This document shows positions 8,895 to 18,167 of a stretch of 64,000 nt of DNA, one piece after another (positions within the stretch are counted from its first letter, which is position 1; every line of letters begins with the position of its first letter). The notes beneath the pieces were generated by a model. That model was not told the origin of the DNA and made no database searches. It was given only the letters and a program-made list of their open reading frames with translations. A program made the translations under genes and the position numbers. Source of the DNA: an uncultured Gemmatimonadales bacterium (lineage in GTDB: Bacteria; Gemmatimonadota; Gemmatimonadetes; Longimicrobiales; RSA9); assembly GCA_963708135.1 (NCBI GenBank), contig OY970192.1, positions 4,736,001-4,800,000 on the forward strand. The letters are read 5' to 3'.

Positions 8895-10589
8895 ATGGCA
8901 CAGTCGAGTCCAACCACCCGTAAGCGTCGCGGTAAGGCGAAGCGCGCGAGCAAGGGCAGCAAGGTCGTCCGTGAGGTCACGTCCGGAGAGGTCGTCGTCC
9001 ACGTGAAGAAGCGCGTGGACGGTCGCGGATGGCTCTTCTACGCCGAATTCCTGCATCCCACGAAGGGTCGTCAGCGGCCGTCGCTGCAGACTGATGACCT
9101 GGAGGAGGCGGTGCGGAACGCGCAGGAGATCGCGGACGAGTTGGCCCTCCTGATCGAGAGCGGTTCCGTCGAGCACCTCGCCGCGATCAGCCAGTCGCGA
9201 GTAACGCTGGGACAGGTGTTCGACGAGTACCGACGGGAGCAGCTGCCGAACTACATCGAGAGTGACGGCCGTCCGAACGGTCACTGGGTCAACATGGACC
9301 GCGTTATCCGCGTCGCAGAGGGTATCTGGGGCCGCGATCAGGTCGTATGTGAACTGGGACCCTCCCAGGTCGCTCGGCTGAAGGCGGCACGGCTCGCGGG
9401 CGGTGTGACGATTGTCGGCCGCGTGCTGCCCGACCAGTTCGATCGGCTCATCATGCCGGCGGAGCCGACTGTCCTCAAGCCCTGCGGCCCGCGAACGGTG
9501 CGCGGCGAGATCGCGCTGCTGTCCGTGCTCTTCAACTGGGCCAGGCGCCACAAGGTGAAGGGGGGACGCGGTCGCAAGCTGCTCGGCGACAATCCACTGC
9601 ACGGCATCCCATTCAAAGCGGGGGTGGAGGAGCCGAAGCGCCCGCTGATGACCCAGAAGCGGTACGACGTCATGCTGCAATACGCTCCCGAAGTCGAAGC
9701 GATCACGCGGGGTGAAATCGAGTACCAGCGGCACTTCAAGGATGGTCGCGTGGTGCTATCGCGGAACCCGTCAGGCCGGCGCGGGCGGAAGTTCGCGAAG
9801 ATGCCTCGTGGCTTCCTGGTGACGCTGCTCATGCTGGCTCGTGGCACATGGCATCGCATCGAATCGCTGCGGGGGCTGAGAGTCGGCGACATCCTGCTGA
9901 CCCACGATCAGATGCGGCGCAAGCTGCTCGACCTCGGTTGGCCTGAAGAATGGGCTGACGAGTGGCCGTGGGGGGCGATCTACTGGAATCCCGAGTTCGA
10001 CAAGGAAGGCTACAGCCGCGTCGTGGCCATCTCGAAGCGGCTTCATGACCAGCTCGTTCTCTACCTGCGCGAACTCGGCACGATCGACCCCAACGCGTGG
10101 CTCTTCCCCTCGCCGTCCAAGCGTGGCAGGCATGTCAGCAATGGGCAGGTGTGGCGCTGGTTCCGCCGTATCGAGCGAGTGGCGGCAGCGAATGGCGCCG
10201 ACCTCCTTCCGCTGAAGTACGGGGCGTTCCACCCGTTCCGCCGCCAAGGCAGGAGCGAGAGGGCCGGCCATTTCGATGACAAACTCATCGCGCTGTGCGG
10301 CGGCTGGCAGCGTTTCAAGGACAGCCAGGAAGCTATGAACCAGGGCTACCTACAGTACAGCGCGCGGGCTCTGTACCTCTGCGTCGAGTTCGACGTGACG
10401 CGCGACGTTCCGGATGACGGCTGCGTGCCCGGCGTGAACATCACCGTGAACGCGCCGCCGGCGCCTCGCGCCGTCGAGGCCGAAACGGCCACGATAGGCG
10501 CACAGAATAGTCACACGCTCACGCCGGCGAACTCGATGGGGCCCCGCAAGATCGTGCCGCTCAAGACGTTGAACGAGCGGGCCTCATAA
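8895..10589 (+). CDS. Tyrosine recombinase / phage-type integrase
   Basis: N-terminal arm-binding-like RPSLQTDD, catalytic R (HRIESLRGLRVGDI), K (FDKEG), HPFRR, GGW and GYLQY. Confidence 0.85.
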   Translation: MAQSSPTTRKRRGKAKRASKGSKVVREVTSGEVVVHVKKRVDGRGWLFYAEFLHPTKGRQRPSLQTDDLEEAVRNAQEIADELALLIESGSVEHLAAISQSRVTLGQVFDEYRREQLPNYIESDGRPNGHWVNMDRVIRVAEGIWGRDQVVCELGPSQVARLKAARLAGGVTIVGRVLPDQFDRLIMPAEPTVLKPCGPRTVRGEIALLSVLFNWARRHKVKGGRGRKLLGDNPLHGIPFKAGVEEPKRPLMTQKRYDVMLQYAPEVEAITRGEIEYQRHFKDGRVVLSRNPSGRRGRKFAKMPRGFLVTLLMLARGTWHRIESLRGLRVGDILLTHDQMRRKLLDLGWPEEWADEWPWGAIYWNPEFDKEGYSRVVAISKRLHDQLVLYLRELGTIDPNAWLFPSPSKRGRHVSNGQVWRWFRRIERVAAANGADLLPLKYGAFHPFRRQGRSERAGHFDDKLIALCGGWQRFKDSQEAMNQGYLQYSARALYLCVEFDVTRDVPDDGCVPGVNITVNAPPAPRAVEAETATIGAQNSHTLTPANSMGPRKIVPLKTLNERAS

Positions 10590-10771
10590 ACGGCGACTAC
10601 GACGTCAACGGAATCACAAGAACGCTATAGGGGCAAGTTTTCCAGCAATCACGCCGAAATCCATCTCAGATCCGCGACGTTCCCCCTCCAGATCCGCACC
10701 TTTCCGCACTCCCGCAGTCACACACGTTGTCACACTAACTGCCTTCCCCGCACCTGCCTCGACCGCCCTCC

Positions 10772-11434
10772 ATGTCCATCACTCCGCAACAGCACGCGGT
10801 GTATCGAGCGGCCCTCGACGTCGCCGACAGCATCGACCCCAGCGGCCGCTTCCGCGCCATCCTGCATCTCCTCCGGTGCGCCGGTGGCGAGCAGATCGGC
10901 CGGATGCTGTCGCTGCGGCTCGACGCTGTCGGCTTCGTCAGGCCCTCGACTGCCAGGGCCCGCAGCAGCACCGCGCGAGGTCAGGAACTGGAACTGTTCA
11001 ATGGTTGCACAATCGTCCTGGACGAAGAAGCCGTCGCTGAACTGCATCTGTATGCTCGGCGCAGGTCTCGTCACGTGCGCATGCGCCTCGTCCAGCGACG
11101 GGAGCGCAGCTCGCTCTGGTATGCTCATGTGATCTGTGCAGGAGGCCATGCATTCACATCCCTCGGAACCCATGACCACGAGGTGGCGCGCCAGCGTGCG
11201 CGTGAGCGGCGCATGGAACTGGCCTGCACTGCCCGAAGCCGCGGATGCCGGTTTCTCTTTCCGGCCAGCTGGAAACGCGATACGCACGTGAGCGTGGGCG
11301 AACTCCGTCAGTGGATCAATGCCGCTGTGGGTCGCGGATCCCTGGGCTCGACTCGCGAGGCGTGTGAGCAGACTCGCCCGATACATCGCATCCAGGAGCG
11401 CCGGCGGCGGAAGGACAATGACCCACCCACCTGA
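10772..11434 (+). CDS. Degenerate integrase-like protein, paralogous in blocks to 8895-10589
   Basis: FLFPASWKRDTHVS resembles WLFPSPSKRGRHVS; WYAHV..SLGTHDHEVA resembles FYAEF..SLQTDDLEEA; no HxxR or catalytic Tyr region. Confidence 0.55.
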   Translation: MSITPQQHAVYRAALDVADSIDPSGRFRAILHLLRCAGGEQIGRMLSLRLDAVGFVRPSTARARSSTARGQELELFNGCTIVLDEEAVAELHLYARRRSRHVRMRLVQRRERSSLWYAHVICAGGHAFTSLGTHDHEVARQRARERRMELACTARSRGCRFLFPASWKRDTHVSVGELRQWINAAVGRGSLGSTREACEQTRPIHRIQERRRRKDNDPPT

Positions 11435-11536
11435 ACGTATCGCGCCGCGCAGCCGCGCAGCCGCGTGCCGGGGCGGATTCCGCGCAGCGGCCGACACCGG
11501 GTAGGAGTGTTCCCGGACTCGCAACCGGGAGAGATC

Positions 11537-11731
11537 ATGAGACACTGGGATCACGCGTCGTTCGAGCACGCACGCATCGGTGAGGACCTCGGCAGCGTCA
11601 TCGATGAGATCGTGGGGCTCTACGTCGAGCTCGAGGGGGCGAAGGTGGCAGAGCGGGCAACGCTGCGCCGGAAACTCGCGGCGGCCGGCTTTCGCCTGAA
11701 TCGTCTCGCCGCCCGACGGAGGACCGCATGA
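11537..11731 (+). CDS. Small hypothetical protein
   Basis: GGGAGAG RBS, ATG start, and a stop overlapping the xseA start (ATGA). Confidence 0.5.
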   Translation: MRHWDHASFEHARIGEDLGSVIDEIVGLYVELEGAKVAERATLRRKLAAAGFRLNRLAARRRTA

Positions 11732-13119
11732 TCCAGCGACAATGTGCGCCGCGGCGTGGTGTGAGCACGCTCGGCCTCACCGCTGAGCATCCGATCCCGG
11801 TGTCGCTGGCCGTGCCGCGCGTGGCCGCCGTCGTAGACCAGCACTGCGGCACCCCATACTGGTTCAGCGGCGAGCTGTCATCGCTGCGGCCGGGTCGTGG
11901 CTCGTGGATGTTCGGGTCCGTGTCCGACGGCGATGCACGGCTCGACGTCCGCATTGGGCCGGGAACACGGCACGACCTCAATTCCGATTCCGTAGGCCGC
12001 TTGGTCGTGTTCAGGGGCGCGCTGCGTCTGGACCGAGCGGCCCGGCTTAGTGTGGCCGTCATCGAAGCAGTCAGCGTGGACGCCCAGGGAGTGCGCCTGC
12101 TCGTCCGTGAGGATGTCCGACGCCGTCTGGTGGCGGAGGGCGTTCTCGGGCGGCAACACAGGCTTCTTCCAGAGTGGCCCGCCACTATCGCCGTTGTGAC
12201 GGCCGCCCGGGGCGCAGCTGTCGAGGACATCCGCGCGGTTGTCATGCGCCGCGCGCCGTGGGTTCAGCTGGTGATCTGTGACTCAGCGGTCCAAGGTCGC
12301 AACGCGCCGGCGTCGCTGACGCGTGCGCTGACCGCAGCGGCCGCCTCAGGTGCAGAAGTAGTGCTTCTCACGCGTGGCGGCGGCGCCGCGGAGGACTTGG
12401 CCGTGTTCGATGACGAACTCGTGGTTCGCGCCGTCGCGGCCTCATGCGTGCCGGTCGTCTGCGCGGTCGGGCACCAGATGGACCGCACGCTCTGCGACGA
12501 CGTTGCGGACGTCTCCGTCGCCACACCCACTGCGGCGGCCGAGCACGTCACGCCTGACCGGAATGCGCTGAAGCGGGAACTCGAACAGCTGCGGATGCGC
12601 GCTCGCGACGGCGCGAAGCGCCTCTTGCGAGCCAAGGACGCAGAGCTTCGGGGTATGGCGAGACACGCGATGCCGGCCATGGCGCGACTGCTCGAGCTGC
12701 TCGAGAACCGCTTGAGTGCATCGGGGCCACCGGTGCTGGAGCAGCGGATGCATCGTGCGGTCGATGCCCGGCGCCGGGCTGCCGACGATGCACTTCTCCG
12801 CTGCCAACGGGCCTCTGTGTCTCTGGTCCGCACTGCGCTCACCGACGTTGAACGGACGCGTGGACGGCTTCTTACCGCAAGGCAGCACTTCCTCATGTCT
12901 GCAACGAGGAACCTGGAGCATCAGTGGACGCACATCGCCGTGCTTTCACCGCAACGGGTTCTCGACCGCGGTTACGCGATTGTGCGAAGCCACGGGGCTC
13001 TGTGCCGCTCGACTGCGGATGTCGGCCCGGGAGCGACGGTGCACATCCGCTTCGCAGATGGAGTTGTTTCGGCGACGATTACCAACATCGCACCTTCGAC
13101 GAAAGGACGGGCTGCATGA
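11728..13119 (+). CDS. xseA: Exodeoxyribonuclease VII large subunit
   Basis: GELS OB-fold start, IAVVT..GAAVEDI, VQG, RGGG..EDL..F.DE, AVGH..D..L.D.VAD...TPTAAAE and LSP..VL.RGYAIV. Confidence 0.9.
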   Translation: MIQRQCAPRRGVSTLGLTAEHPIPVSLAVPRVAAVVDQHCGTPYWFSGELSSLRPGRGSWMFGSVSDGDARLDVRIGPGTRHDLNSDSVGRLVVFRGALRLDRAARLSVAVIEAVSVDAQGVRLLVREDVRRRLVAEGVLGRQHRLLPEWPATIAVVTAARGAAVEDIRAVVMRRAPWVQLVICDSAVQGRNAPASLTRALTAAAASGAEVVLLTRGGGAAEDLAVFDDELVVRAVAASCVPVVCAVGHQMDRTLCDDVADVSVATPTAAAEHVTPDRNALKRELEQLRMRARDGAKRLLRAKDAELRGMARHAMPAMARLLELLENRLSASGPPVLEQRMHRAVDARRRAADDALLRCQRASVSLVRTALTDVERTRGRLLTARQHFLMSATRNLEHQWTHIAVLSPQRVLDRGYAIVRSHGALCRSTADVGPGATVHIRFADGVVSATITNIAPSTKGRAA

Positions 13120-13352
13120 GCACAGCGTTGGCAACGCGGAACGGTAGCCAGAGTGAGTACCGGACGCATCTGCGGGCTCTCGAGCACGCGGCCGCGCAGC
13201 TCGAGCGCGGCGACCTCGACCCCGAGCAGGCGTTGGAGGTCTATCGTGACGCACTTCGGAGGTACGAAGCGGCCAGGGTTATACTCGACGCGGTGGCCGA
13301 GGCGTTCGTTCGCGTGGAAGGCGGGGCGGACAAGACAAACACCACACAGTAG
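13116..13352 (+). CDS. xseB: Exodeoxyribonuclease VII small subunit
   Basis: LE...QLERGDL..EQALEVY pattern; ATGA overlap with xseA. Confidence 0.8.
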   Translation: MSTALATRNGSQSEYRTHLRALEHAAAQLERGDLDPEQALEVYRDALRRYEAARVILDAVAEAFVRVEGGADKTNTTQ

Positions 13353-13483
13353 GAGTCCCATGATCTGATTGCCAAGACTGGTTGGAGGGGTGGCCGGGCC
13401 TGCTGTCTGTGGAGGCAAGGCGCGGATATGCCCGCCTGCCGCCGGCCCGGCCGGCACCTCTTCCGACGAAGGAAGGTCGTACC

Positions 13484-14545
13484 ATGGTGTTCTTCTCGAA
13501 TCTCTTTAGTCGCCGCACTTCCCAGCACAGTGCGGTCCCCGCTTCGCCCCAGCCCTCGCCGGCGGCCAGCTCCGACCCCTACCTCGTGGCCCAGCGGCCG
13601 CTGGTGCTGCTGGCAGACGACGAGCTGGAGTCGCTTCCGCAGCTCGAGTACATCGTGCCGGGAATGATTCCCGCCGGTGGCTTCGTCGTGCTGGTGGGTG
13701 CTCCCGGCTGCGGCAAGACGTTCCTGGTCCTCGACATCGTCATGAGCGTGGCGACCGGTCTGCCGTGGCACGGGCGCGACGTGGTCCGGGGTCCCGTCGT
13801 CTATGTCGCCGGCGAGGGGGTACGTGGTCTCACGAGCCGCATCGTAGCCTGGAAGGAGGAGCAGGCATTCGCCGGCAGGGCAGGCGTCTTCGTGCTCCCG
13901 CAGGCGACTGCCCTCGCGCAGCCTGACGAGGTGGCTCGGCTGATTGCCGCCATCGGCGCGTTGCCGGCGCCTCCGCTTGCGGTCGTCATCGATACCCTCG
14001 CCAGGAACATGGGGGAGGGCGACGAGAACAGCGCTCGGGACGTCGCCCGGCTGACCGCCGGGGTCAACCGGATTCGTCACGCGACGGGCGCCACGGTCAT
14101 CCTCGTCCACCACACGGGACTCAAGGGCGAGCGTGAACGTGGCAGTTCGGCGCTGCGTGGCAACGCAGACACGACCATGCTCCTGCGTGGGAGCAGGACC
14201 GGGCTCGTGCGGCTGGACTGCCTGAAGCAGAAGGAGGACGAGCCGTTCGCCAGCATGGCCCTCCAGCTGACGAAGCGCGGCGACTCCTGCGTGCTGCTGC
14301 CGGCACCGCCGAACACCTCGGCCGGGCCCGCGGTTTCACCCACCGAGCTGCGCGCGCTCCGCGCTCTGGCGGCCGCAATGCCGAACGGCCTCAGCTACTC
14401 GGCGTGGGGCACTGCGTGCGGGGCCAAGGGCGGTGCGTTCGACCGCATCACGAAGGCCTTCGTACGCGACGGGCTGGTGGCCGGCGGCGGCGGCAAGGGC
14501 GTTCCCTACGTGCTGACACCCCTCGGGATCAGCGCCGCAGCCTGA
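13484..14545 (+). CDS. RepA(RSF1010)-like / AAA_25 helicase
   Basis: Walker A GAPGCGKT, YVAGEG, VVIDTLAR, DEN, ILVHHTG..RGSSAL; C-terminal wHTH-like tail. Confidence 0.85.
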   Translation: MVFFSNLFSRRTSQHSAVPASPQPSPAASSDPYLVAQRPLVLLADDELESLPQLEYIVPGMIPAGGFVVLVGAPGCGKTFLVLDIVMSVATGLPWHGRDVVRGPVVYVAGEGVRGLTSRIVAWKEEQAFAGRAGVFVLPQATALAQPDEVARLIAAIGALPAPPLAVVIDTLARNMGEGDENSARDVARLTAGVNRIRHATGATVILVHHTGLKGERERGSSALRGNADTTMLLRGSRTGLVRLDCLKQKEDEPFASMALQLTKRGDSCVLLPAPPNTSAGPAVSPTELRALRALAAAMPNGLSYSAWGTACGAKGGAFDRITKAFVRDGLVAGGGGKGVPYVLTPLGISAAA

Positions 14546-14562
14546 CGGTCTCCCTGCCACCA

Positions 14563-14616
14563 CGAAACAGTACCCCCACTCCGGTCCTACGAGACCGGAG
14601 TGGGGGTACTGTTTCG
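14563..14616. repeat. Perfect 24-bp inverted repeat with a 6-nt loop (candidate origin hairpin)
   Basis: CGAAACAGTACCCCCACTCCGGTC-CTACGA-GACCGGAGTGGGGGTACTGTTTCG, 17 bp after the helicase stop. Confidence 0.9.
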
Positions 14617-14703
14617 GCGCCGGACTCCGCGCGCAGAGCCGTGTCCCGTAGACCGGTACAGGACGGCACGATGCCGTTCCCGAAACCAGCCGCGGAGCAA
14701 TCA

Positions 14704-15054
14704 ATGACACGGCCCATCCTGCTGCCCGCCGACCGCCAGCTCGAGTTCACCTTCGACTCCTACATGGAGGAGCTCGAAGCGCTTGACGCAGCCCTCGGAG
14801 CCCACCTCCTCGACACTGCGCTGACACCTGGCGCAGCCGCCACGACTGGCCGCCGCGGCTCGCCGGCCTGGTGGCGGACGCAGGTCATGGCCTGGTGCGG
14901 CCTCGCTTCCACCGCAGCACGGTTCGACCCGGAGGCGGTCGGCTCGGCCGCCATGGCTGCGCAGCACATGGAGGACTACCTGCTCATGCCGTGGATTCGT
15001 TCTCTCCTCGCAGCAGGCGCCGCCGTCGACCAGCCGGACAGGCCCGCCGCCTGA
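14704..15054 (+). CDS. Hypothetical protein
   Basis: ATG after GGAG; GC-rich third positions; no recognisable motif. Confidence 0.5.
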   Translation: MTRPILLPADRQLEFTFDSYMEELEALDAALGAHLLDTALTPGAAATTGRRGSPAWWRTQVMAWCGLASTAARFDPEAVGSAAMAAQHMEDYLLMPWIRSLLAAGAAVDQPDRPAA

Positions 15055-15079
15055 GCGACCGCCGAAGAGGGGGTTCTCA

Positions 15080-15120
15080 CAGCGGGTCGCACTCCCACAC
15101 CATGTGAGTGCGACCCGCTG
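15080..15120. repeat. 15-bp perfect inverted repeat (terminator or binding site)
   Basis: CAGCGGGTCGCACTC ... GAGTGCGACCCGCTG in an intergenic position. Confidence 0.75.
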
Positions 15121-15168
15121 CGGGCCGCCGCCGCACGGCGATAATCCCCAGAACGCAGGAACCTGAAC

Positions 15169-15480
15169 ATGCGCGCAGTCATTGACGGGAAGCGGTACAA
15201 CACGGAGACGGCCACGGAGGTCGCCTGCATCGAAAATGGGCACAACCTGAGCGACTTCGAATACTTCACGGAGGGGCTGTACCACACCGGGAAGGGTGCC
15301 TGGTTCCTCGCCGGCTGGGGAAACGCTCGGTCGCCGTATGGGACGGTGGCCGGCAACACCCGCGGCTCAGGCGAGCGAATCACCGTCCTGACCCCGGCCG
15401 AGGCGCAGGAGTGGCTGGAGGAGCACGGCAAGGTGGACGCCCTGGAGGCATACTTCGGCGAGCTGATCGAGGACGCATAG
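15169..15480 (+). CDS. Small phage/ICE-type hypothetical protein
   Basis: IDGKRYNTETA...LYHTGKGAWFL...LTPAEAQEWLE pattern, recalled from a mobile-element protein family. Confidence 0.7.
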   Translation: MRAVIDGKRYNTETATEVACIENGHNLSDFEYFTEGLYHTGKGAWFLAGWGNARSPYGTVAGNTRGSGERITVLTPAEAQEWLEEHGKVDALEAYFGELIEDA

Positions 15481-15699
15481 CCATTACGCGGCCATTATCG
15501 GGAGCCGCCAAGTCCTGCGCGTGCGGTCGTAGGAGGCGGGAGTCAATCATCGTCAGGCCGAAGGGGGAGAACCGCGTCCCGCCGTTGCACCCCAGTATCG
15601 AGCGCCGTCGGCAAGTGCCGGCGGCGCTCGGCCGTTAGAGCTACACCCGCATCTTCGTCAAAGCCTGCCGAACATCTGTGAGTCGGAGCCCCATTGCCC

Positions 15700-16548
15700 T
15701 CATTCGCCCGCAGGCACAACCTGCTTCTTGCTGCGCCGACGGCGCGTCGAGTGGGCCGGCGAGCTTGCGTCTGCGGCCGTCGGCGGCGTCGGGCAGTTAC
15801 GCAGGTCCTGGAGCGCGCGGTCACGCTCGATTTCCACGGCGCCGAGCTGGCGTAGAAGTTCCTCGCAGCGCGCCCGCACAGCGTTGCTCTCCAGACTCTT
15901 GCGCTCAAGCTCCGCGGCCGCCGCCCGAGCCGTGGCGCCTGCCGCAGCGGCCTCGGCCTCGGCCCGGCTGCGCCCTGCACCCCGCCTCGCGACCTCTTCC
16001 TGCGCCCGCGTGAGCGCGTCCGTGAGCGCGAGCCGTTCCCGGCTGTGGGACTCGTTCTCGGACCGTCGGAGCTCCTCGGCGGCGTCACGGGCGGTGCCCG
16101 CCTCGCCCAGCGCCGTGGCCAGCCGCTCGACTTCTGCGCGCAGCTCCTGCACTTCAGCTTCGCAGGCCGCGAGGTCCTCGTTCAGCAGGGAGAGATTCGT
16201 CTCGGCTGTCCGCATGGCCGCCTCGTGCCGGGCCGCGGCTGCGGTCTCCGCCGAACGGGCGCGGTCGAGCTCGGCGACGCGTACCGCCGTCAGCTGCCGG
16301 ATGATGTCAGCGGTTACACGCGCGAGCCCGTCCCGGAGACAGACAGGCAGTTCCGGGTCGGCCGTGGCTGTCTCAGTCCCGACTGCCGGCAGCACGCGGT
16401 CCGCCGCGGCCTCGCGGACGCGCCGCACGACTGCCATGAGGCGTTCCCGCTGCCCGCCGCCGGCGACCCGCTTCAAGCGGTCGACCGACAGCTCGCCGCG
16501 TGCGTGGAGGTCTTCCGCGGCGGCCAAGAGCTCTTCTTCGGATTTCAT
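15700..16548 (-). CDS. KfrA-like DNA-binding coiled-coil protein
   Basis: N-terminal LLAAAEDL..RG..SVDRLK...GGG (KfrA_N-like) followed by a long Ala/Glu/Arg coiled coil; the ATG abuts the IS target duplication. Confidence 0.7.
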   Translation of the reverse strand: MKSEEELLAAAEDLHARGELSVDRLKRVAGGGQRERLMAVVRRVREAAADRVLPAVGTETATADPELPVCLRDGLARVTADIIRQLTAVRVAELDRARSAETAAAARHEAAMRTAETNLSLLNEDLAACEAEVQELRAEVERLATALGEAGTARDAAEELRRSENESHSRERLALTDALTRAQEEVARRGAGRSRAEAEAAAAGATARAAAAELERKSLESNAVRARCEELLRQLGAVEIERDRALQDLRNCPTPPTAADASSPAHSTRRRRSKKQVVPAGE

Positions 16549-16557
16549 GGGGGTTCT

Positions 16558-17879
16558 CAGTAGTGTCCGGTCACAAGTTGAAGAGCGACAACTGGTTACG
16601 ATCGGAGGGGACTTCGGGGGTGTAGGCCGAACGCGTAAGTACTTGTGCGAGAGGGGCTTTCTCGAACGCATAGACGCTCAGGATCTGTAGAATTGTGTAG
16701 AGTTCGCGCTCGATCCGGAGCCGCTTGCGGACGATCGCGACGAGGACGTAAACGCTGATCGCGATCCAGATCTGCGTGCGCACAGCGTTCGCGCTCGTGC
16801 CGAAGAAGCGCTTGATCCTGAGGTGCTGCTTGATCCATTTGAAGAAGAGCTCGATCTGCCACCGCAGGCGGTAGAGCTCGGCCACGGTAACGGCGGGCAG
16901 CGCGACGTCGTTGGTCAGAAGGACGAGGTCCTGCCCGGACCCTGCGTCCTTGAAACGCACGCGGCGAAGCCGGTCGGGATAGGCCCTGGCAGACCGGGGC
17001 AGCGCAAGGCGGATGATCTGATCACAGAAGACGCCGGTGGTGCGATCGACGGGTCCTGAGGAGAGCCGGTTGAACTTGAGGTTTGCCTTGGCGCGAACGA
17101 CGAAGGTGGCCCGGTGCTGATCGAGTCGGTAGAGCCGGGCGAAGTCGACGTAGCCGCGGTCCAGGACGTAGATCGATCCGGGCTCCGGGATAAGCGCATC
17201 GAGGATGCGCACATCGTGGGTGCTCGCGTCCGTGATCCAGGCGTAGGCGGGGATCCTGCCTGCCAAGTCGAGCAGTGTATGCAGCTTCACGCCGCCTTTG
17301 CTCGTACGAAACGAGGCCCAGGGGAACAGCGACAAACACAGGTCGATCGTGGTGGAATCCAGCGCGTAGACGGTGTTCGTGAGCTCGATCCCCAACGTGT
17401 CGTCGGCGTAGAGCCGACGCGCGTCTGCGATCAGGCGTTGAGCGAAATCGGCGTAGATGCGCCAGTCGCGATTCTCGTTCGCATCGGCGAGCGTGCTGCG
17501 AGAGAGCGGCGAACGGAAGCCAAGATGGTACAGCTTCTCGGGGGCCGCCCCGAGGGTGGCCTCGAGGTCCCGCAGGCTCTCCCGGTAGGTGAGCTGGGCA
17601 AAGGCCATGGCGAGGAACTGGTCCCGACACGAGAAACGTCGGACCCTCCGGTTGCCGTGGTAGCGGCGGATGCACCGATCGAGCGCGAAGCGAGATGCGT
17701 GGGCCATCACCTGTGAGAAAACCGTGCTTCCGGGATTCATGCGCTACTCCGGCCGGGGGGTCCGGGCAGGATAGCGGCGCAGGAGCGAAGTTCAAATCGG
17801 TGCGGCAACCAAAACGTCGTAACGCACCATGTAGCAATCCGTTACGGCATCATCATCTCAGCTTAACCGGACAGTACTG
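16558..17879 (-). mobile_element. IS4-family insertion sequence, 1322 bp, with a 9-bp target site duplication
   Basis: Terminal IRs CAGTAGTGTCCGGTCA / CAGTACTGTCCGGTTA; TSD GGGGGTTCT at 16549-16557 and 17880-17888. Confidence 0.93.
16571..17740 (-). CDS. IS4-family DDE transposase
   Basis: LDSTTI, KLHT, DRGY and YRLRWQIELFFKWIKQ (YREK-type motif). Confidence 0.95.
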   Translation of the reverse strand: MNPGSTVFSQVMAHASRFALDRCIRRYHGNRRVRRFSCRDQFLAMAFAQLTYRESLRDLEATLGAAPEKLYHLGFRSPLSRSTLADANENRDWRIYADFAQRLIADARRLYADDTLGIELTNTVYALDSTTIDLCLSLFPWASFRTSKGGVKLHTLLDLAGRIPAYAWITDASTHDVRILDALIPEPGSIYVLDRGYVDFARLYRLDQHRATFVVRAKANLKFNRLSSGPVDRTTGVFCDQIIRLALPRSARAYPDRLRRVRFKDAGSGQDLVLLTNDVALPAVTVAELYRLRWQIELFFKWIKQHLRIKRFFGTSANAVRTQIWIAISVYVLVAIVRKRLRIERELYTILQILSVYAFEKAPLAQVLTRSAYTPEVPSDRNQLSLFNL

Positions 17880-18110
17880 GGGGGTTCTCATTCTCGGCCT
17901 CTTTCCGGAACGGACCGGAATCCGGCGGTCCGATTCCCTATTCTGTTCTGGTCTGGTGCGGCCCTGCGGCCGCATGAGACACCGTACGGGACCGCCGGGG
18001 CTGGCGAGAATCCGGTTGTCGAACCGCAATAGCGAGCACGGATGGCGGAGGCGTTACTCCGGTGGCTACCCGCGGCCACAATGAATTGGGTGCGTGAGCG
18101 CGTGAGATGC

Positions 18111-18140
18111 TTGACGGGGACGAGGCGCCGACTGTACTTT
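18111..18140 (+). promoter_or_regulatory. Sigma70-like promoter of the 16-gene operon
   Basis: TTGACG-N18-TACTTT, 27 bp upstream of the first GTG start. Confidence 0.55.
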
Positions 18141-18167
18141 GGTCGGCGGCAATGAGTAGGTGAGCGC

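Noticed and set aside
6388..16548. Intact prophage
   Set aside because: No terminase, capsid, tail or lysis genes are visible.
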